A stretch of 64,000 nucleotides of DNA from an uncultured delta proteobacterium. Lineage in GTDB: Bacteria > Desulfobacterota > Binatia > Bin18. This document shows, piece by piece, positions 39,658 to 48,602 of the stretch (position 1 is the first letter of the stretch; each line of letters begins with the position of its first letter). The position numbers and the translations under genes are program-made. The notes under the pieces are model-generated. The model did no database searches and had not been told where the DNA came from. It saw only the letters and a list, made by a program, of their open reading frames with translations. Location of the stretch: the NCBI GenBank assembly GCA_963733195.1, contig CAVTCR010000059.1:96001-160000 (forward strand), written 5' to 3'.

Positions 39658-40518
39658 ATGGTGCGTACGCGTCGTTTCTCAACCCTTCTTATCCTCGCTG
39701 TTTGTGTTGTGTTGATTAGTGAGGGTGCACTGGCCGCAAGCCAGCCAGTGCGTCGCCAGCCGGTAAAGAGGAAAGTTCCACAGAAAGCTACTCCTGTCCA
39801 ACCGAAGCCAGCTGCACCCCCTTCGATCTTCGCGCAAGGAGAAACGCTGAGATTCTTTGCGACCTTTAATCAACTTGATGCTGGTGGAGGGGAGATACAA
39901 TTGCGTAAAGAGCGTCAGGCTGACGGTCGTGACGTTTTCCGCTTTACCGGAAAAGCGCGCACAAGCGAGTGGGTAGACTTGTTGTATAAGAGACGAGACA
40001 ATGCCGATGCGACCTTTGGCATAAGTGACTATTCGCCACTCTCTTTTCTTCTGCTATCGCGCGAGAACGACCGTCGACGCGAGTACGGCGTACAGTATGA
40101 CCCCCAGAAGAAGACACTAGTCGGCAGTGTAAAGAGAAAGAATCGCGTACGCGAACAATCACTTCCGGCTGGTAATGTTTATGATCCAGTGTCTGCGTTC
40201 TATCTGTTACGAAGCCGTAATCTGGCTCTCGGAACATCGATCCAAGAAAAAGTCTTCACTGGTCGAGGACACTATCGGTTTGTTGCGCAAGTGCTTGAGA
40301 AAGAGACAATAGAAGTAGACGGGAAGAAACGCCCCGCACTCCGTCTTCATCTTGAAGTGTATTCGCTCGAAAAAGACATGCACGAGAACATTCTGCCACA
40401 AGAAACAACGCTGTGGGTTTCTGCCGATCCTGCACACATTCCGCTCAAATTAGAGAGTGGAACGATGTGGGGATGGATTGTCGTCGAACTCGATAAAAGA
40501 TCGCTGGCACAGGAGTGA
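39658..40518 (+). CDS. Exported DUF3108-like protein
   Basis: Signal peptide; GETLRF, YDPVSAFYLLR, KETIEV, LWVSADPAHIPLKL. Confidence 0.8.
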   Translation: MVRTRRFSTLLILAVCVVLISEGALAASQPVRRQPVKRKVPQKATPVQPKPAAPPSIFAQGETLRFFATFNQLDAGGGEIQLRKERQADGRDVFRFTGKARTSEWVDLLYKRRDNADATFGISDYSPLSFLLLSRENDRRREYGVQYDPQKKTLVGSVKRKNRVREQSLPAGNVYDPVSAFYLLRSRNLALGTSIQEKVFTGRGHYRFVAQVLEKETIEVDGKKRPALRLHLEVYSLEKDMHENILPQETTLWVSADPAHIPLKLESGTMWGWIVVELDKRSLAQE

Positions 40519-40535
40519 CGGCTTCGTCTCTTTCT

Positions 40536-41153
40536 TTATGAGGCAATCCGCCCGCCGAGTCCGACTATAAAAACACGTACAAGTGCTTCGAGCTGACGAC
40601 GAAATGCTGGAAGTGTGGGGGCCGTTGTTCCATAGGTTCCGATACCGGAAGCACTTCGTGTGAGCAGCTCTGCGGCTGCCTCCGGTTCCAATCCGACCCG
40701 GGTAAGATGAAGCTCCCCTCTTTTCTCAGCTTCGGCAATCGCACCGGCTAACATCCGTTGGTAGCGTCGATCTGCTTGGATGAAAAGATCGGTGCAGAGT
40801 TGGTTCTTCGCGTCAAGAATTTCTCGCACATGGGCAGAGCGATGCAGCAGCTCGAAGAAATAGCCAAACTTGGCGTTGAGCATGCCGTGTACCTGTTCTG
40901 CGACCGATGTGGAAGCCACTTGTGCAGTCTCGACCGCAGTGAGCATTTGGTCGATTAGCTGCTGGGATAACGCACGAAAGATTTCTTCTTTGCTTTTGAA
41001 GTACAAGTACACGGTTCCTTTGGCGATCCCTGCCTCTTGGGCAATATCGTCGATGGAGGTGCGACGGTAGCCGTAGTGTCCGAACAAGGAAAAGGCGGCA
41101 GTAAGAATCGCTTCGTGTTTATCCTTGGTATTGGATATTTCGCGAGGAGGCAT
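40536..41153 (-). CDS. TetR/AcrR transcriptional regulator
   Basis: ILTAAFSLF..GYRRTSIDDIAQEAGIAKGTVYLYFKSKEEIF. Confidence 0.95.
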   Translation of the reverse strand: MPPREISNTKDKHEAILTAAFSLFGHYGYRRTSIDDIAQEAGIAKGTVYLYFKSKEEIFRALSQQLIDQMLTAVETAQVASTSVAEQVHGMLNAKFGYFFELLHRSAHVREILDAKNQLCTDLFIQADRRYQRMLAGAIAEAEKRGELHLTRVGLEPEAAAELLTRSASGIGTYGTTAPTLPAFRRQLEALVRVFIVGLGGRIAS

Positions 41154-41184
41154 GGGGATCCTTTAGAGATGACTGAATGACTAA

Positions 41185-41212
41185 TTGACTAAATACGGTC
41201 ATAATGTACAAT
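41185..41212 (+). promoter_or_regulatory. Sigma70-like promoter with overlapping TGAC-N8-GTCA palindrome (candidate TetR site)
   Basis: TTGACT-N16-TACAAT; TGACTAAATACGGTCA at 41186-41201, between divergent tetR and P450. Confidence 0.55.
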
Positions 41213-41270
41213 CGAACACAGAAGAGCGCAACGCTCCCGATACTTCTCGTTCAGGTATGGAGGAATTGCT

Positions 41271-42520
41271 ATGTCAAACATTGGGGCTTCTGTATCGCAC
41301 TCAAGGATAGATGAAAATACCGTCTCTCCTCCAGTGGAATTCAATCCCCTGCTGCCAGAGTTCATTGCCAATCCATATCCTTTTTATCATCGCCTGCGGT
41401 CAGAAGACCCAGTTCATCGGAGCACCCTCCTTCCCGACACGTGGATTGTAACTCGCTATACTGACGTTGCTATGATCTTGCGTGATGCCCGCTTTGGACG
41501 GCACGACGCTGAGGAGTTCTTTCGTGAACGTTTCGGCGAAGGGCCGCTGATCAATGTCTTTACCAAGTGGATGCTTTTCCGTGACCCACCGGATCACACA
41601 CGGTTACGTAATTTGGTGAATAAAGCCTTTACCCCTCGAGCCATCGAGGGGCTACGTCCACGTATTCACGACCTGGTGAATTATCTCCTTGATGCGGTGC
41701 AGCCACGTGGCAGCATGGACATTATGGCCGACCTGGCTTACCCACTGCCTGTGCTGGTCATTTGTGAGCTGCTTGGGGTTCCAGCCAAAGATCGTGACCT
41801 CTTTAAAGAATGGTCCGGCGATGTTGCGCGGACCTTAGACCCCATTCAGACACCGGAAATGGTCGCCAAAGGGCATGCGGTGGTTGAATCGATGGTGACC
41901 TACTTCCGTGGCCTCATTGCCACCTTACGGAAAAATCCGCAAGGCGATATTCTGAGCGCGATGATTGCGGCAGAAGAGCAAGGGTGATCGGCTCAGCGAA
42001 GACGAACTGCTCGCCAACTGTATTTTGCTTTTCTCTGCTGGTCATGAGACGACGGTCAATCTGATTGGTAACGGCCTTCTTGCTCTGATGAGTCACCCAG
42101 AACAAAAGCAACTTCTACAAGAGAACCCCGCCCTCATGCAAAGTGCCGTCGAGGAATTCTTGCGTTACGACGGTTCCGTGCAACTGACAGGTCGTAGCGT
42201 GAAAGAAGATCTCGAAATTGGTGGGAAAGCTCATTCGCCAAGGGGAACGAGTGATGACGGTTCTTGCCGCAGCGAATCGTGATCCTGCGCAGTTCCCGGA
42301 CCCAGATCGACTCAACATTAAGCGTACCGATAATTATCACGTTGCTCTCGGGCAGGGTATCCACTTTTGCCTCGGTGCATCATTAGCCCGAGCCGAGGGG
42401 CAAATCGCGATTGGAACTTTACTGCAACGGATGCCACGTATGACGCTTCTTGACGAAACTCCACAATGGCGTCCGGCATTTACGTTGCGCGGGTTGCAAA
42501 CATTGTCGGTGAGCTTCTAA
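41271..42520 (+). CDS. Cytochrome P450 (two apparent frameshifts, near 41985 and 42225)
   Basis: DPPDHTRLR, AGHETT, EEFLRY, AANRDP, LGQGIHFCLG heme motif; each break is one extra G in a G run. Confidence 0.92.
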
Positions 42521-42595
42521 ATACGCAATACGCAGCACGCTCCACGAGGAACCTACTGCTGCATAACGTGTGACGTGTTACGTGATACATGATCC
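42521..42595. repeat. Inverted pair of heptamer arrays
   Basis: ATACGCA ATACGCA GCACGCT CCACGAG .. GCATAAC GTGTGAC GTGTTAC GTGATAC. Confidence 0.7.
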
Positions 42596-42619
42596 AAGAT
42601 GACAGAGAGGAGGTTCGCA

Positions 42620-43405
42620 ATGGCAACCACCGCGCTCATCACCGGTGCATCCACTGGGATTGGTTACGAACTGAGTAAATGCTTTGCTGCTGACCGTCAT
42701 AATTTGATTATCGTAGCCCGACAGGAGCAGCGGCTACGACAGATTGCCGAAGACCTCGCCAAACAGTTTGGTATTACCGTGAAGGTCATTGCTGCTGATC
42801 TCACCCAACCAGACGCACCGCAGAAAATCATAGATGCCGTACGCAAAGACTCCCTACAAGTCGATTACCTGGTGAACAACGCTGGCTATGGATTAGGCGG
42901 GAAATTCACCGAGACCGATCTCGCAGTTGAACTTGGCATGATGCAAGTGAACATGATGGCTCTGGTCTCCCTGACCAAACTCTTTCTACCCGATATGGTG
43001 GCAAGGAAATCCGGCAAGATCATGAACGTTGCTTCCACTGCTGCCTTCCAGCCTGGGCCGTTGATGGCTGTGTACTACGCAACCAAATCATTTGTGCTCT
43101 CTTTCTCCGAAGCAATCGCCAACGAACTCAAAGGGACTGGCGTGACGGTGACTGCACTCTGCCCAGGGCCAACCGAGTCCGAATTTCAAAAACGCGCTCA
43201 TATCGAGAATACACGGCTGGTCAAAAGTAAATTGATGGGTATGATGACCTCTGAGCAAGTTGCCAAAATTGGCTATCAAGGACTCATGCAAGGGAAGCGA
43301 ATTATTATCCCTGGCCTCTTGAACAAGATCGGAGTGCAGTCGACGCGATTTTCTCCACGCGCTGTTACCACGCAAATCGCGCGAATGGTACAAGAGAATC
43401 AGTAA
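42620..43405 (+). CDS. SDR family oxidoreductase
   Basis: TGASTGIG, NNAG, VAS, YYATK, LCPG. Confidence 0.95.
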   Translation: MATTALITGASTGIGYELSKCFAADRHNLIIVARQEQRLRQIAEDLAKQFGITVKVIAADLTQPDAPQKIIDAVRKDSLQVDYLVNNAGYGLGGKFTETDLAVELGMMQVNMMALVSLTKLFLPDMVARKSGKIMNVASTAAFQPGPLMAVYYATKSFVLSFSEAIANELKGTGVTVTALCPGPTESEFQKRAHIENTRLVKSKLMGMMTSEQVAKIGYQGLMQGKRIIIPGLLNKIGVQSTRFSPRAVTTQIARMVQENQ

Positions 43406-43421
43406 TCTCTTTACTCTAGAC

Positions 43422-44579
43422 CTACGGCTTGAGCGCTCGATCAAAATCTTCGATCAAGTCTTCCGTAGCTTCGATCCCAACCGAGAGACGAATCAAACCA
43501 TCAGAAATACCGAGACGCCGACGGTCCTCCACAGACATACCTGCATGTGATGTCGTTGCGGGCCGTGTCATCAGCGTCTCAATCCCGCCAAGGCTCGGCG
43601 CGATAATCGGCAGCGTTACTCTGTGCATGAAACGTTCCGCAGCATCGACTCCACCACGTAATTCAAAACTCAACATGCCACTGAAACCGTCGAATAATTC
43701 ACTCGCACGCTCATGGCGTGGGTGGCTTACCAGCCCTGGGTAGTTCACTTTGATCACTGCGGGATGCTGTTCAAGAAACTGGGCGATCTTTAGTGCGCTC
43801 TCGTTTTGATAACGAACCCGCACCACCAAGGTTTTCAAGCCGCGATGGAGCAGAAACGCTGCGTGCGGATCAAGCGACCCGCCGAGATGATTCAGTTTGT
43901 GTGTAATCTTGGTCACGAGATCAGTGGCACCTATGACCACTCCCGCGACAATATCGGAATGGCCGTTGAGATATTTCGTTGCGCTGTGCAGTGACAAATC
44001 AAAGCCCCAATCAAGCGGGCGGAAGTTGACCGGGCTAGCAAAGGTATTGTCGATAATCGAGATGAGATCATGCTCTTTGGCAAACCAGGTGATCGCTTTG
44101 AGATCACCAACTTGGAGCAGCGGGTTAGACATCGATTCCACGTAGATCGCTTTGGTATTGGGTCGTAGCTTCTGTTTCCAGGAGGTCGGATTGTCACCAT
44201 CGATGAAATCATATGACAGGCCAAACGCTGCAAAATCCTTGGTCAGCAGATCGTGCGTGCCACCATACAAACAATCTTGCGTGAGAAGATGATCACCAGC
44301 AGAAAGAACAGAGAATAGCGTTGTTGAGATCGCTGCCATTCCACTGCTGGTGACAAGCGCTGCCTCGGCATTCTCTAAAGCCGCAAGCTTCTCGTGCAGC
44401 GCAAGATGATTCGGGGTGTTGTTCAGGCGAATATAGCGGACATCGTGATAATTGGCCTCACCCGTAGTCTCGAACATTGCTGACTGAAAGATCGGCATGC
44501 TGACAGCCCCAGCGATCCGTGGCGTCGGTTCCCCAGCGTGAATGACTTTTGTATCCAGGTGTTTGTAGCTTGTAGACAT
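43422..44579 (-). CDS. PLP-dependent Cys/Met metabolism enzyme (cystathionine gamma-lyase/synthase family)
   Basis: YIRLNNTP, SSGMAA, YGGT, ESMSNP, DNTFASP, HSATKYLNGHSD, SLGG, RLSVGIE. Confidence 0.93.
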   Translation of the reverse strand: MSTSYKHLDTKVIHAGEPTPRIAGAVSMPIFQSAMFETTGEANYHDVRYIRLNNTPNHLALHEKLAALENAEAALVTSSGMAAISTTLFSVLSAGDHLLTQDCLYGGTHDLLTKDFAAFGLSYDFIDGDNPTSWKQKLRPNTKAIYVESMSNPLLQVGDLKAITWFAKEHDLISIIDNTFASPVNFRPLDWGFDLSLHSATKYLNGHSDIVAGVVIGATDLVTKITHKLNHLGGSLDPHAAFLLHRGLKTLVVRVRYQNESALKIAQFLEQHPAVIKVNYPGLVSHPRHERASELFDGFSGMLSFELRGGVDAAERFMHRVTLPIIAPSLGGIETLMTRPATTSHAGMSVEDRRRLGISDGLIRLSVGIEATEDLIEDFDRALKP

Positions 44580-44596
44580 AGATGATTTCTCCTCTA

Positions 44597-45208
44597 CTAC
44601 TCCTGCGTAATCGGAATATGCTGTGGCTGTGATCGCACGCATTCCAACCAGGCACGGATGTTTGCATAAGGCGCAAGGTCGAACCCACCTTCATCAGCAA
44701 CATGCGTATAAGCGTAGAGGGCGATGTCAGCAATCGAGTAGCGATTGCCGACAAAGAAAGAGCAGCTAGTCAAATGCTTTTCCATCACATCGAGTGCGGC
44801 GTAGCCGAGCGGACGTTTCTGTTCAAGTGCAGCCTTCCGCTCGGCGGTTAACTCGGAGTGTTGTAACCAGAACCGCGAGGTCGCAATGTTCGGCTCGTGA
44901 CTGTACTGTTCAAAAAACATCCATTGCAGCGCCTGTGCCCGTTCCCAGCGGTCAGATGATAGCAATGGTGTCCCTTCCGCAAAATAGAAAAGGATAGCAT
45001 TGGACTCTGCGAGAAACTTGCCATCTTCTAGCTCAATGACAGGAATGCGTCCGTTGAGGTTCTTCTGAAGAAACTCAGGAGTACGTGTTGTTCCCTTGAG
45101 GATGTCGAGTTCGATCCGCTCGAAGGGGATACCCAGTTGGGTTAACAGCAAGCGGACTTTGTAACCATTCCCTGATGGCAGATAATCATAGAGCCGTATC
45201 ATGGGCAC
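44597..45208 (-). CDS. Glutathione S-transferase family protein
   Basis: SGNGYKVRL, GRIPV, ESNAIL, YSIADIALYAY. Confidence 0.92.
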   Translation of the reverse strand: MPMIRLYDYLPSGNGYKVRLLLTQLGIPFERIELDILKGTTRTPEFLQKNLNGRIPVIELEDGKFLAESNAILFYFAEGTPLLSSDRWERAQALQWMFFEQYSHEPNIATSRFWLQHSELTAERKAALEQKRPLGYAALDVMEKHLTSCSFFVGNRYSIADIALYAYTHVADEGGFDLAPYANIRAWLECVRSQPQHIPITQE

Positions 45209-45246
45209 TGTCCTCCAATTGCAGTCTCATGCCTCATCCCAAGAGA

Positions 45247-45969
45247 TTATGCAACAAACCTCATTGGAGGAATCACCTCCAATGGAAACTGCTGGAACCG
45301 GTCTGGACCGAGCTGTCGCAGGTCTCGTAGGCATGTCTCCAAACTGGCAACGAAGTTTGCGAGTTCAACATTCAGGAACGTTGGTTGGTGCGGGGTGATC
45401 TTGGCAAGCCCATCATGCAAGAGTGCGATTGCACCACGAAAGTTGCGATTGCCGAGGTGATGGAAGGCGACCGCGATCTGAATGAGCCCTTGTAAGAAGA
45501 GTCGAATGTCTCCACTTTCTTGCTTCCATTGGTCTTCCAAAATTTCGTGGACTTCAAAAAACAGGTGGTGATTAAAAAGCAGAGCACCTTTCTGCAACGC
45601 GATCGTGCGAGCCGAGACCGGACCTGGAGCCATATCTGGTACGTGCCAGGTATCGAGCACGGTCGCATACTGCGCAAGCTTTGTGGCAATTGCACGGTAT
45701 TCTGCTGTTACCGTCGCGTGAAGGGAGACGCTTTCCGACCCCTTGGCGCTTTCCCACGTCAAAAGCGCATGTTTTCGTAAGATACTCGCAACTTGCTCAC
45801 GTATGACCATTGGGGCTGGGGCAAGAAACCTCTCGATCGGCCATGTAGCAGGTAGGGTCTCGTTTGCTTTACAGTAATGAACAAGACAGCGAAGCGCTTC
45901 TGCCACAACATGATCGTCAAGCGCTTCTAAGAGGAACTCAGCAAGTAGATTTCGGCTCTCAATTCTCAC
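45247..45969 (-). CDS. DUF309 domain protein
   Basis: LFNHHLFFEVHEILEDQW..LQGLIQIAVAFHH; GTGA overlap with mutS2. Confidence 0.85.
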   Translation of the reverse strand: MRIESRNLLAEFLLEALDDHVVAEALRCLVHYCKANETLPATWPIERFLAPAPMVIREQVASILRKHALLTWESAKGSESVSLHATVTAEYRAIATKLAQYATVLDTWHVPDMAPGPVSARTIALQKGALLFNHHLFFEVHEILEDQWKQESGDIRLFLQGLIQIAVAFHHLGNRNFRGAIALLHDGLAKITPHQPTFLNVELANFVASLETCLRDLRQLGPDRFQQFPLEVIPPMRFVA

Positions 45970-48293
45970 GACGTCAACTCGACAATTGTTGCACCACCAC
46001 CACCTTCGGCCCGTGAGGCTTCGTTATACGAAGCGCAATAGGGAGAATTGGCAAGGAATTCACGCACGGCGCGGCGGAGTGCACCAGTGCCCATGCCATG
46101 GACAATACGGACGGAGCTTTGGTGATTCAGCACTGCCCGGTCGAGAAACTCTTCAAGCCGTGGAAGTGCCTCATGAACGCGTAACCCTAACAAGTTGAGG
46201 TCTGGCATGCCAGACGGCTGACTGTTTACAGAGACACGTACAGTCCGTTCCTGTTTCTCATGCGACTTGCGTAGTTGTTCGGCTGGAACTTCAAAAGTGA
46301 GCCCCCCTGAACGAATCCGCGCACGATTCCCTTGCAACGTGATCAATTCACCACGAATCTTGCTTTCCCGTAACTCGACGACATCGCCAATCTCTGGCGG
46401 TGTTTCAACGGGCGCAGGTGTAGATTGCACTGCCTGTTCCTTGGTTGCGACATCCTGCCCACGTTGATGAAGAAACTGTGCCAGTCGCTGTCGCGCATCT
46501 GGTCGTGCTGCGCGTAAACTCGCGACAATTTCTCGTCCTTCGTCTCGTACCTGGCGCAGCAGCAGTTTTGCTTCAGCAGTGGCTTCGTGCCACACACGTC
46601 GTCGTTTTTCTTCGACTTCGGTAAGCAAGGTTTGGTGTTGCGCGCGAAACGCTTCAGCTTCGGCTCGCTCTTTGGCCGCTTGAGCACGGTCACGCTCAAG
46701 GGTCGAGCGCACTTCTTCCAATTGTACGAGGGCTTGGGCAAACTGGCGCTCTTCTGCTGTTAAGGTTGCTTCGGCGGCGGCACAAACTTCTTCAGGAAGC
46801 CCGAGACGCTTTGCCATCGGCAGGCCCAAACTTTGCCCTATAGTGTTGTAGGATAACTGGTAGTGTGGTGTCAGCGTATCGAGATCGAAAGAGACCGCTG
46901 CTACTTGATAATCACCGTCAGCCAGCGCAAAGAGCTTTACCGGTGTGAGGTGAGTTGATGCTGCGATGTGCACCCCGCGCGCTTTGAGATGCTTCAGCAG
47001 TCCACATGCGAGAGCCCCACCCTCGATCGGATCAGTGCCACCCCCTGGTTCGTCAAAGAGAACGAGCGCCGGTGCAGTGACCTCGTTCAGGATCTCCGCG
47101 ACATTTCGTACATGGGCCGAAAAGGTCGATAAACTCTGTTCGAGCGATTGCGCATCGCCGATATCGGCAAAAATTCCACAGAACAATGGTAAGCGACTTT
47201 CTTCTTGGGCGGGAATCAGCATGCCACTCTGTGCCATCAGGCACAGTAGCCCCAAGGTTTTGAGGGCTGCGGTTTTCCCGCCAGTGTTCGGCCCAGTGAT
47301 CACTAACCCGCTCTTTCCTTCGGGGATAAGAATGTCGATCGGCGTGACCGGCTTCCCGGTAGCGAGCAGGAGCGGATGACGCGCTGTGCGTAAACGAACC
47401 TCAGCACTACCAAGGAGAGGTTTGCTACAGCGATACTTACGAGCGAACAGGGCATTGGCATACAGCACGTCAACTTCTATCAGCGCAATGAACACACTTT
47501 CTAGCTTCGGCGTTTCCTCTCGTACTAAATCCGTAAGCCACAAAAACAAACGGTGCTCTTCTGCTTCCATCTCCTTGCGCGCGAGTAGTAACCGATTGTT
47601 TAATTCTACCGCGAAGAGCGGTTCGATGAACAACGTCTCACCAGAGCCTGAGCGGTCTTGGACGATACCTGAAAGGCGCGATTGAAAATTGGGGCGCACA
47701 GGGATGACGAAACGATTATTTCGAATCGTGATGTAGGTATCAGCGACAACATCTTTCGCCTGTGAGGAACGCAGCACTTGTTGAAGGCGTTGTTCGATTT
47801 CTCCGCTCAGAGTTCGTAATCGACGGCGTAATGCGCGCAACTCCGGGCTTGCTTCATCCTTCAGCGTGCCACGTTCATCGAGACAGCGGCGTAAGGTGTC
47901 TTCGAGTTCGGCGAAGGTTAGTAACCGCTCAGGTAGGTCCTGGAGATGCGACCGTTCTTCGACATGGCGACGAAAGAACGTCGAGAGGGTACGCGAAAGA
48001 GTGATGATCTCCAGGACTTCTAAGAGCTTCACCCCCTCCAGGGCTGCACCGAGTTGTGCCGCCCACTGCAACGTCAGACGGATATCGGGGAATTCACGCA
48101 ACGGTACGGAGAGGTGTTCTTCGAGAAGACGAAAGAACTGCCACGTTCGTTCACTGGTCGTTTCCACTGTTGCCGCTGTTGTCTGCGGATGAAGCGCAAG
48201 GCAGGCTTCCTGACCGGCCGGAGAAAGCGCGCAGCCAGCGAGCAAGTGCAAGACCTTATCGAATTCGAGCGCGTGTAAATCGCGATTACGCAT
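45966..48293 (-). CDS. mutS2: Endonuclease MutS2
   Basis: LEFDKV, SGSGETLFIEP, ARHPLL, ITGPNTGGKT, IGDAQS..SLSTFS, DEPGGGTDP, STH, Smr domain IVHGMGTGALR. Confidence 0.96.
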   Translation of the reverse strand: MRNRDLHALEFDKVLHLLAGCALSPAGQEACLALHPQTTAATVETTSERTWQFFRLLEEHLSVPLREFPDIRLTLQWAAQLGAALEGVKLLEVLEIITLSRTLSTFFRRHVEERSHLQDLPERLLTFAELEDTLRRCLDERGTLKDEASPELRALRRRLRTLSGEIEQRLQQVLRSSQAKDVVADTYITIRNNRFVIPVRPNFQSRLSGIVQDRSGSGETLFIEPLFAVELNNRLLLARKEMEAEEHRLFLWLTDLVREETPKLESVFIALIEVDVLYANALFARKYRCSKPLLGSAEVRLRTARHPLLLATGKPVTPIDILIPEGKSGLVITGPNTGGKTAALKTLGLLCLMAQSGMLIPAQEESRLPLFCGIFADIGDAQSLEQSLSTFSAHVRNVAEILNEVTAPALVLFDEPGGGTDPIEGGALACGLLKHLKARGVHIAASTHLTPVKLFALADGDYQVAAVSFDLDTLTPHYQLSYNTIGQSLGLPMAKRLGLPEEVCAAAEATLTAEERQFAQALVQLEEVRSTLERDRAQAAKERAEAEAFRAQHQTLLTEVEEKRRRVWHEATAEAKLLLRQVRDEGREIVASLRAARPDARQRLAQFLHQRGQDVATKEQAVQSTPAPVETPPEIGDVVELRESKIRGELITLQGNRARIRSGGLTFEVPAEQLRKSHEKQERTVRVSVNSQPSGMPDLNLLGLRVHEALPRLEEFLDRAVLNHQSSVRIVHGMGTGALRRAVREFLANSPYCASYNEASRAEGGGGATIVELTS

Positions 48294-48602
48294 AGTGAAA
48301 TGAAGGTCAGGCACAGCCCCTGCCCTTACATACAGTGAACCTAAGGGAGACGATGCCGTACATGGCTCTATCCGCCCTTCGATTTCGCTGCGCTACGCTC
48401 AGGATGACGGTGTAGTGCCCGCCTCGTGCGACTAACCCATAAGTCGAATATGAATGTGTTTTCCCTATAATTGCTCTTAGCATATAGCATAGAGATTCCA
48501 CTCTGTGGTTACTCTCTGACGTATGGTAAAGAAGACAAATCTTACCCTGCTGAAGAGCAGACGGACAGCACCGTTTTACCGCCACAGGAGGGGAGGGCAA
48601 GG

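Noticed and set aside
41169-41190. ATGACTGA/ATGACTAA/TTGACTAA as three separate TetR boxes
   Set aside because: Matches the dispersed octamer-array pattern; only the TGAC-N8-GTCA palindrome was kept as a candidate operator
48471-48602. Upstream TTG start for the cyclase
   Set aside because: A purine-rich RBS precedes ATG 48603 and the family-like sequence begins there
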